Positions 30,016-39,302 of a stretch of 64,000 bases of DNA are shown here, piece after piece. How positions within the stretch are numbered: the first letter of the stretch is position 1; each line of letters begins with the position of its first letter. The position numbers and the translations under genes are program-made. Origin of the DNA: an uncultured Thermoleophilia bacterium (GTDB lineage: Bacteria > Actinomycetota > Thermoleophilia > UBA2241); NCBI GenBank assembly GCA_963702475.1, contig CAVPCT010000005.1, positions 224,001 to 288,000 of the forward strand, in the 5' to 3' direction. The notes below the pieces were generated by a model. It had not been told where the DNA came from, did not search any database, and saw only the letters and a list, made by a program, of their open reading frames with translations.

Positions 30016-31437
30016 TCAGGAGACGGGTGCCTTCTCTTTGCGCGTCGCCTTGCGGATGGTGTTGGTGCGCGCCGGCGTCTCGGCCGGTTCTTCCTTCTCC
30101 GCACTCAGACAGCTCCAGATGGGGCTGTAGAGGTGGTCGACGGCGCTGGCATACTGGTCCAGCTCGTCCTGAAGGTCGGTGATCATGACGTCCCCGCCGG
30201 GGTGCGTGGGCTTCGCGCCGGTGGCGGCCACGATCTCACGCGCCTGCGTGGGATTGTCGATCCACATGCAGGGCATGAGCAGGTTGTGGTTGAACGGCTG
30301 CCGCGCGCGGATCTCCCGGAAGAAGTCCGAGTTGAACGCCTCGAGGAGGCTCACGTCGTGGATGTTGTCGGTGGCGAAGTGCGTGAAGATGCACGGCTCC
30401 ACCCAGCCGCCGCTGTTGATGTGCATGTAGTGCTTGCCGGCGATGCAGCCGTTCACCCAAGGAGCGTCGCCCCAGAAGTCGATCGGGAAGATCGGCTTGG
30501 TGTCGCGGATACGGTGGATGTCGATGCGGAACTGGTTCCGCTCCTCCGCCGTCAGCATCAGGCTGGTGTCGGGATCGCGACCCACCGGCATGTAGAGGAA
30601 ATGCCAAGCCAGCATGGCGCCCTTGGCGACGAGCGGGTCGATGAACTCGTCGCTCACTATGGCCTTCCACGTGTTGCGCGTCACCGTGCACGAGTAGCCG
30701 AACAACACGCCGGCCTCGCCCAGGTGATCCATGATCTCCATGACCTGGTCGTGTACGCCTTCGCCGCGACGCTGATCGGTGAGCTCCGGGGAGCCCTCGA
30801 GACTCAGCATGGGGGCGATATTGCCGATACGGGCCAGCTCGTCGATGGTGTCATGATCGAGAAGCGTGCCGTTGGTGAACACCTGGAAGTAGGCGTCCTT
30901 GTTCTCCTTGGCGAAGTCGAGCAGCTCGTCCCACATGAACGGCTCGCCGCCGAGCATGGTGAACAGGTAGACACCCATGTCGTTGCCCTCGTCCACGATC
31001 TTCTGCATCAGACGGCGGTCGAGGTCCTGGTCCATCTTGTATTCCGATGCGTAGCAGCCCTCACAGGTGAGGTTGCAGCGCATGGTGGGGCTCATGAGGA
31101 TCGTCGTCGGCGCATTGCAGCCCGTCGTGTCGATCAGTTCACGCCTCTTTGCCACGCCGCGAAGAAGAGTATTAACGATAAGACATTCGATGAAGCGGTC
31201 GCGGCAGCGCGGGCTGAGTCGGCTGGTGACGTGCTTGGCGATGGTGAGCGCCGGGTGGTCGTCCTGCACCTTCTCTGTGACGAAACGTACTGAGCCCTTG
31301 TACTGGTCGGGCGTGATCTTCTCCGCCAGGTTGAACGCCTTGACGATCTTGGTCTTGTCGTCGCTGGCGGCCAGCTTGAGCATCTGATTGACCACTTGCC
31401 TCTGTACCGTAGTGTAGAGGCCGTCCGTCCGGCTCAT
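30016..31437 (-). CDS. Radical SAM/SPASM-type enzyme
   Basis: CNLTCEGC, GGEP, GCIAG...GWVEPC...PC; AAGGAGGAG RBS before ATG 31437. Confidence 0.9.
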   Translation of the reverse strand: MSRTDGLYTTVQRQVVNQMLKLAASDDKTKIVKAFNLAEKITPDQYKGSVRFVTEKVQDDHPALTIAKHVTSRLSPRCRDRFIECLIVNTLLRGVAKRRELIDTTGCNAPTTILMSPTMRCNLTCEGCYASEYKMDQDLDRRLMQKIVDEGNDMGVYLFTMLGGEPFMWDELLDFAKENKDAYFQVFTNGTLLDHDTIDELARIGNIAPMLSLEGSPELTDQRRGEGVHDQVMEIMDHLGEAGVLFGYSCTVTRNTWKAIVSDEFIDPLVAKGAMLAWHFLYMPVGRDPDTSLMLTAEERNQFRIDIHRIRDTKPIFPIDFWGDAPWVNGCIAGKHYMHINSGGWVEPCIFTHFATDNIHDVSLLEAFNSDFFREIRARQPFNHNLLMPCMWIDNPTQAREIVAATGAKPTHPGGDVMITDLQDELDQYASAVDHLYSPIWSCLSAEKEEPAETPARTNTIRKATRKEKAPVS

Positions 31438-31755
31438 TGATCTCCTCCTTTCACGCTTCTCCGCGCCCGTGCTCGGCGGACGCGAGGTTATCGGCCTCGT
31501 GGAGACCACGGTGAGGGGACGAGACGACGCAGCGTACTGCCGCTTGCCTCGGGACACCGGCTCCCCCCGGTGGTCTTCGAGCAACCATGCCCGACATCCT
31601 ATCACCCTCGCAGCGGGTGACGAAGGCTTTCGTGGTGTTGGGCACACTCTACTCCAGCGTCCCGGCCCCGCACGTCGGCCGTGCTGGCAACACTTCACTG
31701 GGACATTCGTCTATACGGCCCTCATGTTCATCGCGCATGCGGCCGATACCGCCTA

Positions 31756-31833
31756 TCGACAAAGGCAAACCTGTCGTGAGGCAGGGACGCAAAGCCAGAG
31801 GTCTTGAAGTGCTCAAGATAGCTCGGTTGCCGG
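31756..31833 (+). ncRNA. Cyclic di-GMP-I (GEMM) riboswitch
   Basis: AAAGGCAAA-CCTGTC-GTGA-GGCAGG-GACGCAAAGCC...GGTC...GATAGC..GGTTGCC matches the aptamer layout including a GNRA loop. Confidence 0.85.
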
Positions 31834-31962
31834 TTCTGACCAGCTCCGCGATCGCGGATGTCTTCGTCTGCCTTCAACCCCTGGCCGCCGTTCCCGCCTC
31901 ACGTCTGAGCTGAGTCCACCGGGCGCCGCCGGACGCGCCCTGGAGACAGAGGGGGTACCGCA

Positions 31963-33627
31963 GTGAAGGCCAGACTCAGATGCGTCAGGTGGCTGCTCCT
32001 GGCGTGCGTGCTCGTCGCGCTTCTCACGCTACCCTCCACGGCGCTCGCCGACGGTGAGCCGGCAAGAAAGGTCGACACCAGCGTCCAGACGGTGCTGGAG
32101 GCCACGGGTGGCAAGACGGCCATCCCGGTCATGGTCGAGGCCCCGGGCGCGCTCGACCAGGTCAAGGCGACCATCCCCCTCGGCGTCGCGATCACCGACA
32201 TCCCCCTTGTCGACGGCCTCGCCGCGTGCCTGACCCCCGACGAGATCAAGTCCCTGGGCAGCGCCGGCTTCGTGACGTACATCGTCGCCGACAACCTGGT
32301 GCATGGCCTGACCTACCAGAGCACCATGGACATCACCAACCTCACCATCGGGCTGGGTGATGTCCCGTCGCCTGCCGACGACGGCCCAGACGGCGCCGGG
32401 GCGACCGTGGCGATCATCGACACCGGCATCGCCACCACCAGCGACCTGGGCGCGAGCCGTATCGTCGGCTGGAAGGACTTCGTCAACGGCGAGGCCGCCC
32501 CGTACGACGACGCCGGGCACGGTACCTTCGTCGCCGGCCTCATCGCCGGCGACGGCAGCGCTTCACTGCCGCTCGAGAACGGCGGCACGGCCAGAGTGCA
32601 GTTCCGCGGCGTCGCTCCGGCCGCGAACGTCGTCGGCATCAAGGTCCTCGACGAAGTCGGCCAGGGTCGCAGTTCGGCCCTCATCGCAGGTATCGCGTGG
32701 GCCATCACCCACAAGGACGAGTACGGCATCCGCGTCATGAACATCTCCATCGGCGGCAACCCCGTCTCCTCGGTGACCAAGGACCCCGTCGCTCGAGCGG
32801 TCGAGGCAGCGTGGCGCAGCGGCATCACCGTGGTGTGTGCTGCAGGCAACGAGGGTGAGTTCGGCCCCGGCAGCATCCTGTCGCCCGGCAACGACCCGTT
32901 CGTGATCACCGTCGGCGCCGACGACACCATGCTGACCGCAGAGACCGGCGACGACCGCATCGCCGCCTACAGTTCGGTCGGTCCGACGCTGTTCGACGAG
33001 ATCGCCAAGCCAGACGTGATCGCCCCGGGCAGACGCCTGGAGTCGCTGCGCGCCCCCGGCTCCTTCCTCGACGTCAACTTCCCGGACAACATCGTCCCGC
33101 TGTCCAGTTACGACACGTCCCCGACGACCGGCGCCGAGTCCGCCTACCTCAGGCTGTCCGGCACCAGCGCTTCTGCGCCGGTGGTCGCCGGCGCTGCCGC
33201 CCTGATGATAGGAGAAGACTCCTCGCTGACCCCCGACGACGTCAAGGTCCGGTTGATGACGACCGCTGACCCGGTGGCAGGAGCCACGACCGCCCAGCAA
33301 GGCTTCGGCCTCATCGACGTCGACGAGGCGCTCGAGAGCACTGCCGTCGCCGACGGCTGGGCGCTCTCCGCGACGCTCGGTGACGGCAAGAAGACATTCA
33401 AGGCCGGGGACTACAACAAATGGGAGAAGCGTGCTTGGGAGAAGTATGGGTGGACCAAGTACAAGTGGACCAAGTACAAGTGGACCAAGTACAAGTGGAC
33501 CAAGTACAAGTGGACGGAAGTCGTCTGGACGAAGTACAAGTGGACCAAGATCGACTGGACCAAGTACAAGTGGACCGAGTACGACTGGGCTAAGTACAAG
33601 TGGACGATCCTGATCGAAGGTCAGTGA
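31963..33627 (+). CDS. Secreted S8 subtilase with C-terminal Trp-pentapeptide repeat tail
   Basis: Signal peptide; triad IIDTG / GHGT / SGTS; AAGN oxyanion; (KYKWT)n tail. Confidence 0.92.
   Translation: MKARLRCVRWLLLACVLVALLTLPSTALADGEPARKVDTSVQTVLEATGGKTAIPVMVEAPGALDQVKATIPLGVAITDIPLVDGLAACLTPDEIKSLGSAGFVTYIVADNLVHGLTYQSTMDITNLTIGLGDVPSPADDGPDGAGATVAIIDTGIATTSDLGASRIVGWKDFVNGEAAPYDDAGHGTFVAGLIAGDGSASLPLENGGTARVQFRGVAPAANVVGIKVLDEVGQGRSSALIAGIAWAITHKDEYGIRVMNISIGGNPVSSVTKDPVARAVEAAWRSGITVVCAAGNEGEFGPGSILSPGNDPFVITVGADDTMLTAETGDDRIAAYSSVGPTLFDEIAKPDVIAPGRRLESLRAPGSFLDVNFPDNIVPLSSYDTSPTTGAESAYLRLSGTSASAPVVAGAAALMIGEDSSLTPDDVKVRLMTTADPVAGATTAQQGFGLIDVDEALESTAVADGWALSATLGDGKKTFKAGDYNKWEKRAWEKYGWTKYKWTKYKWTKYKWTKYKWTEVVWTKYKWTKIDWTKYKWTEYDWAKYKWTILIEGQ
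33421..33606 (+). repeat. 15-bp coding repeat encoding 13 Trp at period 5
   Basis: TGGACCAAGTACAAG four perfect copies at 33451-33510 flanked by diverged copies. Confidence 0.95.
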
Positions 33628-35165
33628 CGACGATCCCGGCCACCCACCTCGACACCGAACACGAGACGGCCGTGCGGAAACGCACGGCCGTCTCTGTCTC
33701 TGTCTTCGTCGCACTCGTCTCCGTCGCGGCGGGCGCGGCTGTCCTTGCGGCGCTGCTCGACGACCCCGCCCCGCTCACGGTGGACATAGTCGCGTTCATC
33801 ATCCTCGCGACGGTGGCCGACCTCCGTGAGGTCAAGATGCCGCTGGTCGGGATCGTGACGCTCTCGTTCGTGCCGGTCCTCGCAGCGCTCCTCGTCCTCG
33901 GTCTCTGGCCGGCACTGTTGTGCGCGGCGGTGTCCGGACTGACCAGCGCGTGGTACATGCGAGACCCGGTGAAGATCGTCTTCAACGTGGCCAATTACGT
34001 CGTCTCGACATACCTGGCCGGGATCCTGTACCTCGCCCTGGCTCCTCCAGACGGGGCTTTCATGACGAAGGTGCTCCCCACGGTCGCGGCGACGGTCGTC
34101 GATTTCGCCGCCAACACGGTGCTCCTGGCAGTCGTGATCTCGCTCGCGACGCACGGCAATCCGATGGCCGTCTGGAGACAGAACTACCAGTGGGGCCTGC
34201 CCAGCTACCTTGCCGGCTCCACCCTGGCACTACTGCTGGCCGCGCTCTACCTGTGGCTCGGCGTACCCGGCATGCTCCTCGCCATCCCCCCGGCGTACCT
34301 CATCTACTACTCCTACGACATCTACATGAAGCGCGCGAAGGACCGGCTCACGTTCGACGCGGAACGTGACTCCTTCCACGCCGAACTCACCAAGTCGACG
34401 CAGCTGCACGATGAGCTCCGTGCGGCACAACTCAAGGTGGCTGCGGAGATCGAGCGCGCCAAACGCATCCAGACAGACCTCCTGCCCGCCCGCACCCCAG
34501 ACGTCGGAGGGCTCGCCCTCACGCAGCGGATCGAGTTCCTCGGTGAGATGGGCGGCGACTACTACGACTACATCCCCTTCCGCGACGGACGGCTGGGCCT
34601 CGTGTGTGGCGACGTGATGGGCAAGGGCCTCGCGGCAGCCCTCATCATGGCCATGGCGCGGTCCGTCCTGCACTCCGCGATCGGTCCGGGCAGGTCGCCC
34701 GGCGACGTCCTGGCCGAGGTGAACGACGCCCTGGCACGCGACCTGGAGGGCCAGCGCCTGCCGTACTTCCTCACCCTGGTGCTGGCCGTGTACGACCCGT
34801 CCACGCGCCACCTGTCGGTGGCCGGCGGCGGCCACAACCCTGTACTCGTCGTGTCGTCGAACGGCATCGAGCGCGTGCCCTCACGCGGCGCCGCGCTCGG
34901 TGTGCGCACCGGCCTGCAGTTCCCGGAGGACGACTTCGTCCTCGACCCCGGCGACACAGTCGCCCTGTACACCGACGGCATCACTGAGGCGCGTGACCCC
35001 GCCGGCGAGCTCCTCGGACAGCATCGCCTCGAGGCGATGCTGTCCGAGGCGGACACTGACTCGCTGGACGCCACCCTGGAGTCGGTCTGGGAGCGCGTGG
35101 CCGCCTACCGCGGAGGAGCGGCCGCGACCGACGACGCGACGCTCCTGCTGGCGCGCATGCGGTAG
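33624..35165 (+). CDS. Multi-TM sensor fused to SpoIIE/RsbU-type PP2C phosphatase
   Basis: GTGA overlap with subtilase stop; ~7 TM; GGDYYD, GDVMGKG, YTDGITE, DDATL. Confidence 0.9.
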   Translation: MTTIPATHLDTEHETAVRKRTAVSVSVFVALVSVAAGAAVLAALLDDPAPLTVDIVAFIILATVADLREVKMPLVGIVTLSFVPVLAALLVLGLWPALLCAAVSGLTSAWYMRDPVKIVFNVANYVVSTYLAGILYLALAPPDGAFMTKVLPTVAATVVDFAANTVLLAVVISLATHGNPMAVWRQNYQWGLPSYLAGSTLALLLAALYLWLGVPGMLLAIPPAYLIYYSYDIYMKRAKDRLTFDAERDSFHAELTKSTQLHDELRAAQLKVAAEIERAKRIQTDLLPARTPDVGGLALTQRIEFLGEMGGDYYDYIPFRDGRLGLVCGDVMGKGLAAALIMAMARSVLHSAIGPGRSPGDVLAEVNDALARDLEGQRLPYFLTLVLAVYDPSTRHLSVAGGGHNPVLVVSSNGIERVPSRGAALGVRTGLQFPEDDFVLDPGDTVALYTDGITEARDPAGELLGQHRLEAMLSEADTDSLDATLESVWERVAAYRGGAAATDDATLLLARMR

Positions 35166-35200
35166 GCCGACCGGACGGCCGCCCTGCGCGCGGGCGGCAC

Positions 35201-37297
35201 TCAGCGTACGGTGAGCTCGGCCGACCCCACCTGCTTGGCGCGATTGCCGGCGATGTCGGTGGCCGTCACCCGCCACGTGTACACGCCTTTGGGCAGCGTC
35301 GCCTTGAAGCGGTACCTGAGACCGGTGTTCACGCGGCGAGCGCCCAGCCCGACGGTGCGGACCGTCGTCCCGTTGCGCCTCACCTGGATGGTGACGGTGG
35401 CGCTGCCGCAGGTCGGGGCCGCATCGTCGACGCGGTAGTGCAGCGTCACCATCTTGCCGGCCTTCACCGTCGCAGGGTCTGCAGTGGTCCGTGGGACAGA
35501 CGTGTCGATATTGACGTAGCCGGTGCACGTCGTCTCCGCGGCCCCGAGCACGTCGACCGACGACCACGCCACCGCATGGCTTCCCGCGCCCGACACCGTG
35601 AACGGCGCGCTGTAGGCTTCGGCCGCCGAGCCGTCGACGGAGTAGCTCGTGCTCGCGACGCCCGCCCCCTCATCCACGGCCTTGAGCGTCACGGTCAGTG
35701 GAGAGTTGCGCCAGCCGGTCGTGGGGCCCGCAGCAAGCGACGGACTGGCGGTCGTCACCGGAGGCGAGTCGTCGGTGTTCACGTAGGCGACGTGGCGGGT
35801 CTCCCGGTTGCCGGCCACGTCGACCGACCAGTAGACGACGGCGTGACTCCCTCCGCCGGCCACGGTGAACGGCGCCGTGTAGGTTGTCTCGGAGCCGCCG
35901 TCCACACTGTAGCGCGTCACGGACACACCCGAGAGATCGTCGCTGGCCGAGAGGCTGACCGCGCGCACGGTCGGGGCCCAGCCGCCTGTGGGACTGACCG
36001 CCAGCGGTGGTTCCGCGGTCGTCACTGGAGGCACGACGTCGATGTTCACGTAGCCGTTGCGCGGCGTCTCCTCGTTGCCCGAGGCGTCGACCGAGTGGTA
36101 GCCCACGCGGTGGCTGCCCGGAGCGGCGACGACGAACGGGATCAAGTACAGGGCGGGCTCCCCATCGTCGAGCGTGTAGTACGTGGCCGCGACAACCGAG
36201 CCGGCGTCGCCGGCCGACAGCGTCAAGGTCACAGCCGACGTGCGCCACCCTGAGGTGGGATCGCCCGCCAGCGCCGGACTGACGGTGGTCACGGGCGGCA
36301 GACCGTCGATGGAGAGTCTGCGGACGGTGTCGTTGCCCGTGTCGGCGACGTACACGTTCCCCGCAGCATCGCAGGTGACGCCTTGAGGACCGTCGAACCG
36401 CGCCTCTGACCCCGCGCCGTCGACGCTGCCGGACACGTCGACAGCGCCCGCCACGACAGCAGCCGAGCCGCCGCCCGCACAGCGCCGAATGCAGTCGTTG
36501 TCGGTATCCGCCACATAGACGGTGCCGGCGGCATCGCAGGCGACGCCGCCGGGATAGCTCAACGAGGACGCCCCGGCGATCTCCACGACGCTGCCGCCGG
36601 TGAGCTGGAGGACACGGCCGCCCCCTGTGTCCGTGACGTAGACGCTGCCGTCGGGTCCGCACGCCACACTCTGCGGCGAGTCCAGACCGACCTCTGGTCC
36701 TGCCACCGTGGTGACCCGACCGGACGGCGTCACTTTGCGCACCGCACCGTTGCCGACATCGGCCACGTAGACGTTGCCGTCCGCATCGCAGGCCAGGCCG
36801 GCGGGGTAGCTGAACCGTGCCGTGGCTCCGAGACCATCATCGGCCCCCTGCTCGGCGGCCGCGCCTGCGAGCGCGCTCAGTGACCCGCCCTCGATGATCC
36901 TGTAGATCACGTGGTTGTAGGTGTCCGAGACGTACACGGTGCCGGCGGCGTCGCAAGCGATCCCCTGCGGGTACGAGAGACCCGCCGAGGCTCCCACGAG
37001 TGTGCTCACCGTGCGGTCCGGCGTGATCCTGCGCACGGTGCCGTTGTCGGTGTCGGCGACGTAGACGGCGCCGGCCGCATCACAGGCAAGGGCGTAGGGG
37101 CTTCCGAACCTGGCCGCGGCGCCCACGCCGTCGGCGGTGCCGGCGACGCCTGCGGATCCAGCGAGCGTGGTGACGCTCACGCCGAGCCCCGATGCTGGGG
37201 AGCATACGGAAAGCGCCAGGCAGACGCATGCCGCCGGGACACCGAGGGCCAGAGCCAGCCATCGACCCGCCCGATGAGAAGACGACACCGTGTTCAC
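35201..37297 (-). CDS. Secreted NHL-repeat beta-propeller with repeated Ig-like domains
   Basis: Repeated PxGxACDAAGxVYVADT; three PPVTT...Y.VDG...GSH.V...SVD units. Confidence 0.85.
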   Translation of the reverse strand: MNTVSSSHRAGRWLALALGVPAACVCLALSVCSPASGLGVSVTTLAGSAGVAGTADGVGAAARFGSPYALACDAAGAVYVADTDNGTVRRITPDRTVSTLVGASAGLSYPQGIACDAAGTVYVSDTYNHVIYRIIEGGSLSALAGAAAEQGADDGLGATARFSYPAGLACDADGNVYVADVGNGAVRKVTPSGRVTTVAGPEVGLDSPQSVACGPDGSVYVTDTGGGRVLQLTGGSVVEIAGASSLSYPGGVACDAAGTVYVADTDNDCIRRCAGGGSAAVVAGAVDVSGSVDGAGSEARFDGPQGVTCDAAGNVYVADTGNDTVRRLSIDGLPPVTTVSPALAGDPTSGWRTSAVTLTLSAGDAGSVVAATYYTLDDGEPALYLIPFVVAAPGSHRVGYHSVDASGNEETPRNGYVNIDVVPPVTTAEPPLAVSPTGGWAPTVRAVSLSASDDLSGVSVTRYSVDGGSETTYTAPFTVAGGGSHAVVYWSVDVAGNRETRHVAYVNTDDSPPVTTASPSLAAGPTTGWRNSPLTVTLKAVDEGAGVASTSYSVDGSAAEAYSAPFTVSGAGSHAVAWSSVDVLGAAETTCTGYVNIDTSVPRTTADPATVKAGKMVTLHYRVDDAAPTCGSATVTIQVRRNGTTVRTVGLGARRVNTGLRYRFKATLPKGVYTWRVTATDIAGNRAKQVGSAELTVR

Positions 37298-37507
37298 GGG
37301 AACACCTCCCCGGTCCGTGCACGAGAGGGCCGGCACCCATGGGGGGCGATGCCGGACCCGCGACACCTGCGAAGCGCCCCTCCACTGCTATCGGCACCTC
37401 GGGCGCACGCGCTTAGGAATCCGCGAGTCCGGAGGCCCACGGGGCGCCGTCTTGTCTGAGACGCTGCGACGCGAGAGTATCTAGGCGACCCCCGATGAAA
37501 GGTCGCC

Positions 37508-38284
37508 ATGCCCGACCCCACAGTCGAAGCGCCCGCCAAGCTCCAGGTCTTCCGCTACCGGCCGTCCAACGGCCGCATCCACGCGGTCATCGGGGAACTG
37601 GACGAGGGCCTCCGTCGGACGGACCTCATCGCCTATGCGTCTGACGCGCTCGAGAGCGAGACGTTCGTGTGCCACGCCGTGGCGAACGACGACGAGAACG
37701 TGGCGGACGAGCTGTGCTTCGTCCCTCAGGGCGACCACTGCGACATCCTCAGCATGCGCACGAGCGGCTGGAAGCGCTACCACGGCGACCACCGGCGCAG
37801 CCTCGTCGAGATCCTCAACACGCTGGCCGCGGCGGTCGCCTGCGGCAGGCTCAGGATCCTGGATGAGGAAGAGCGCAAAGCCGAGGTGGCGCGGGGTGAC
37901 GTGCTGCGCAAGATCGAGATCGTCGACAGCGGCGCGCTCGCCCAGGCCCGTGACGCCGTGCAGCAGGCGCTCGAGCTCCTCGGCATCGACGCCTTCACCG
38001 TCCAGCGCACCACGCTCTGCGTCTCGGAGGCGCTCACCAACATCCTCATCCACGGCGGCGGCCGCGGGGCGATGACCCTGCGCCGCCTCCCCGGCCGCCT
38101 GCGCATCGTCGTCGCCGACGCAGGACCCGGCCTCAACTTCCTGAACTGGATAGAACCACCACACGTGGGCGGGCAGGCCTCCATGGGGTATGGCTTCAAG
38201 ATCATCCTCGACAACCTCGACGCGGTCGCACTGCACACCGGCCCCGACGGCACCACGCTGGTGCTCGACCGCGTCATAGACTAG
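37508..38284 (+). CDS. RsbW-like anti-sigma/Ser kinase (HATPase_c) with N-terminal extension
   Basis: SEALTNILIHG, DAGPG, GYGF. Confidence 0.8.
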   Translation: MPDPTVEAPAKLQVFRYRPSNGRIHAVIGELDEGLRRTDLIAYASDALESETFVCHAVANDDENVADELCFVPQGDHCDILSMRTSGWKRYHGDHRRSLVEILNTLAAAVACGRLRILDEEERKAEVARGDVLRKIEIVDSGALAQARDAVQQALELLGIDAFTVQRTTLCVSEALTNILIHGGGRGAMTLRRLPGRLRIVVADAGPGLNFLNWIEPPHVGGQASMGYGFKIILDNLDAVALHTGPDGTTLVLDRVID

Positions 38285-38296
38285 GCAGGGACGAGC

Positions 38297-38608
38297 ATGC
38301 TCCGCACATCTGTGACCCAGGGCCCCGCGCCCACGGTGTTCCTTACCGGAGAGATGGACCTGGACTGCGCCGACGTCCTCCGCGAGGCAGTCGCGGAGGC
38401 GACTCGCGGCGCCGAGACGGTGGTGCTGGACTTCTCCGGTGTGTCCTTCATCGACTCGTCCGGGACCGGCATCTTCGTGCGGCTGTGCCTCGACCTGAAG
38501 AGCCAGGGCACGCCCCTGGTGGCGCGCAACCTCACGCCGGCGGTGCGCGGCGTGTTCGACATGCTCCGTGTGCGCGACCTCGTCGGCGAAGAGGTGTTCC
38601 CCGACTGA
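38297..38608 (+). CDS. STAS anti-sigma factor antagonist (RsbV-like)
   Basis: GEMD and DFSGVSFIDSSG with phospho-acceptor Ser. Confidence 0.9.
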   Translation: MLRTSVTQGPAPTVFLTGEMDLDCADVLREAVAEATRGAETVVLDFSGVSFIDSSGTGIFVRLCLDLKSQGTPLVARNLTPAVRGVFDMLRVRDLVGEEVFPD

Positions 38609-38687
38609 CGAGCGCCTGCCGGGCGGAGCGGGTCAGCGCCTCCGTGCCGGCCGACCCGGCGTGCGACGCCCGCCGCCCCGCTCCCCA

Positions 38688-39008
38688 TCAGTCGTTGTGA
38701 AGCGGGCCGACCCCGGCGAGGACGACGAGCGTGGCCAAGTCGCCGTCGACCGACACGCTCGACACACACGCCTCGCCCTGGTAGCAGCGGCCGTCACGGG
38801 TGACGATGGAGAGCGACATGGACGAGCCGTGGTGGAGGTGGTCGAGGTACTCCTGCACCTCCTGGGGAGACTCGACCCGCAGCGTCCAGCACGCCCCGGC
38901 GTCGCTCACGATACGCGCGTTCAGGAAGCCCATCTCACGATGGTCGTGTCGCAGCTTGAGCAATCGTGCCTGAGGCATGTCCACGCCGGCCCCTGTGTTC
39001 AGGATCAT
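38688..39008 (-). CDS. Hypothetical protein
   Basis: ORF with host-like codon usage; start uncertain. Confidence 0.45.
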   Translation of the reverse strand: MILNTGAGVDMPQARLLKLRHDHREMGFLNARIVSDAGACWTLRVESPQEVQEYLDHLHHGSSMSLSIVTRDGRCYQGEACVSSVSVDGDLATLVVLAGVGPLHND

Positions 39009-39100
39009 CCTCTGTCTCACACCATACCCCCGGCGTGTGGCCGATAGACGGCCGGAGACACGAAGACCGGCCCCGAAGGACCGGTCTGGCGGGCGAAGAC

Positions 39101-39176
39101 TGGTGGCGAGGGTCAGAATTGAACTGACGACACCGCGATTTTCAGTCGCGTGCTCTACCAACTGAGCTACCTCGCC
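39101..39176 (-). tRNA. tRNA-Phe (GAA)
   Basis: GGCGAGGTAGCTCAGTTGGTAGAGCACGCGACTGAAAATCGCGGTGTCGTCAGTTCAATTCTGACCCTCGCCACCA, 76 nt with CCA. Confidence 0.97.
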
Positions 39177-39302
39177 ACGCGTGCTCCCGCTGGAGCGCGC
39201 CTCATGCTACCGACGAGGCTGCGCGGGTGCAACCGGCGGTCCGGGCGGGCGGCGTCCGTGCTGACGCCGCCCGCCCGGACCGCCTTCCCGATGCCGCCCG
39301 GC

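Noticed and set aside
31451-31645. 64-aa ORF upstream of the radical SAM gene as a RiPP precursor
   Set aside because: No clear RBS, atypical codon usage, overlaps a candidate promoter
33421-33606. 15-bp repeat as a CRISPR array
   Set aside because: No spacers, in-frame coding repeat, no cas genes
37300-37500. Second c-di-GMP riboswitch before the NHL gene
   Set aside because: No GGCAAA/GACGCAAAGC core on either strand
31700-39176. Genomic island integrated at tRNA-Phe
   Set aside because: No integrase, and I found no duplicated tRNA 3' end by eye
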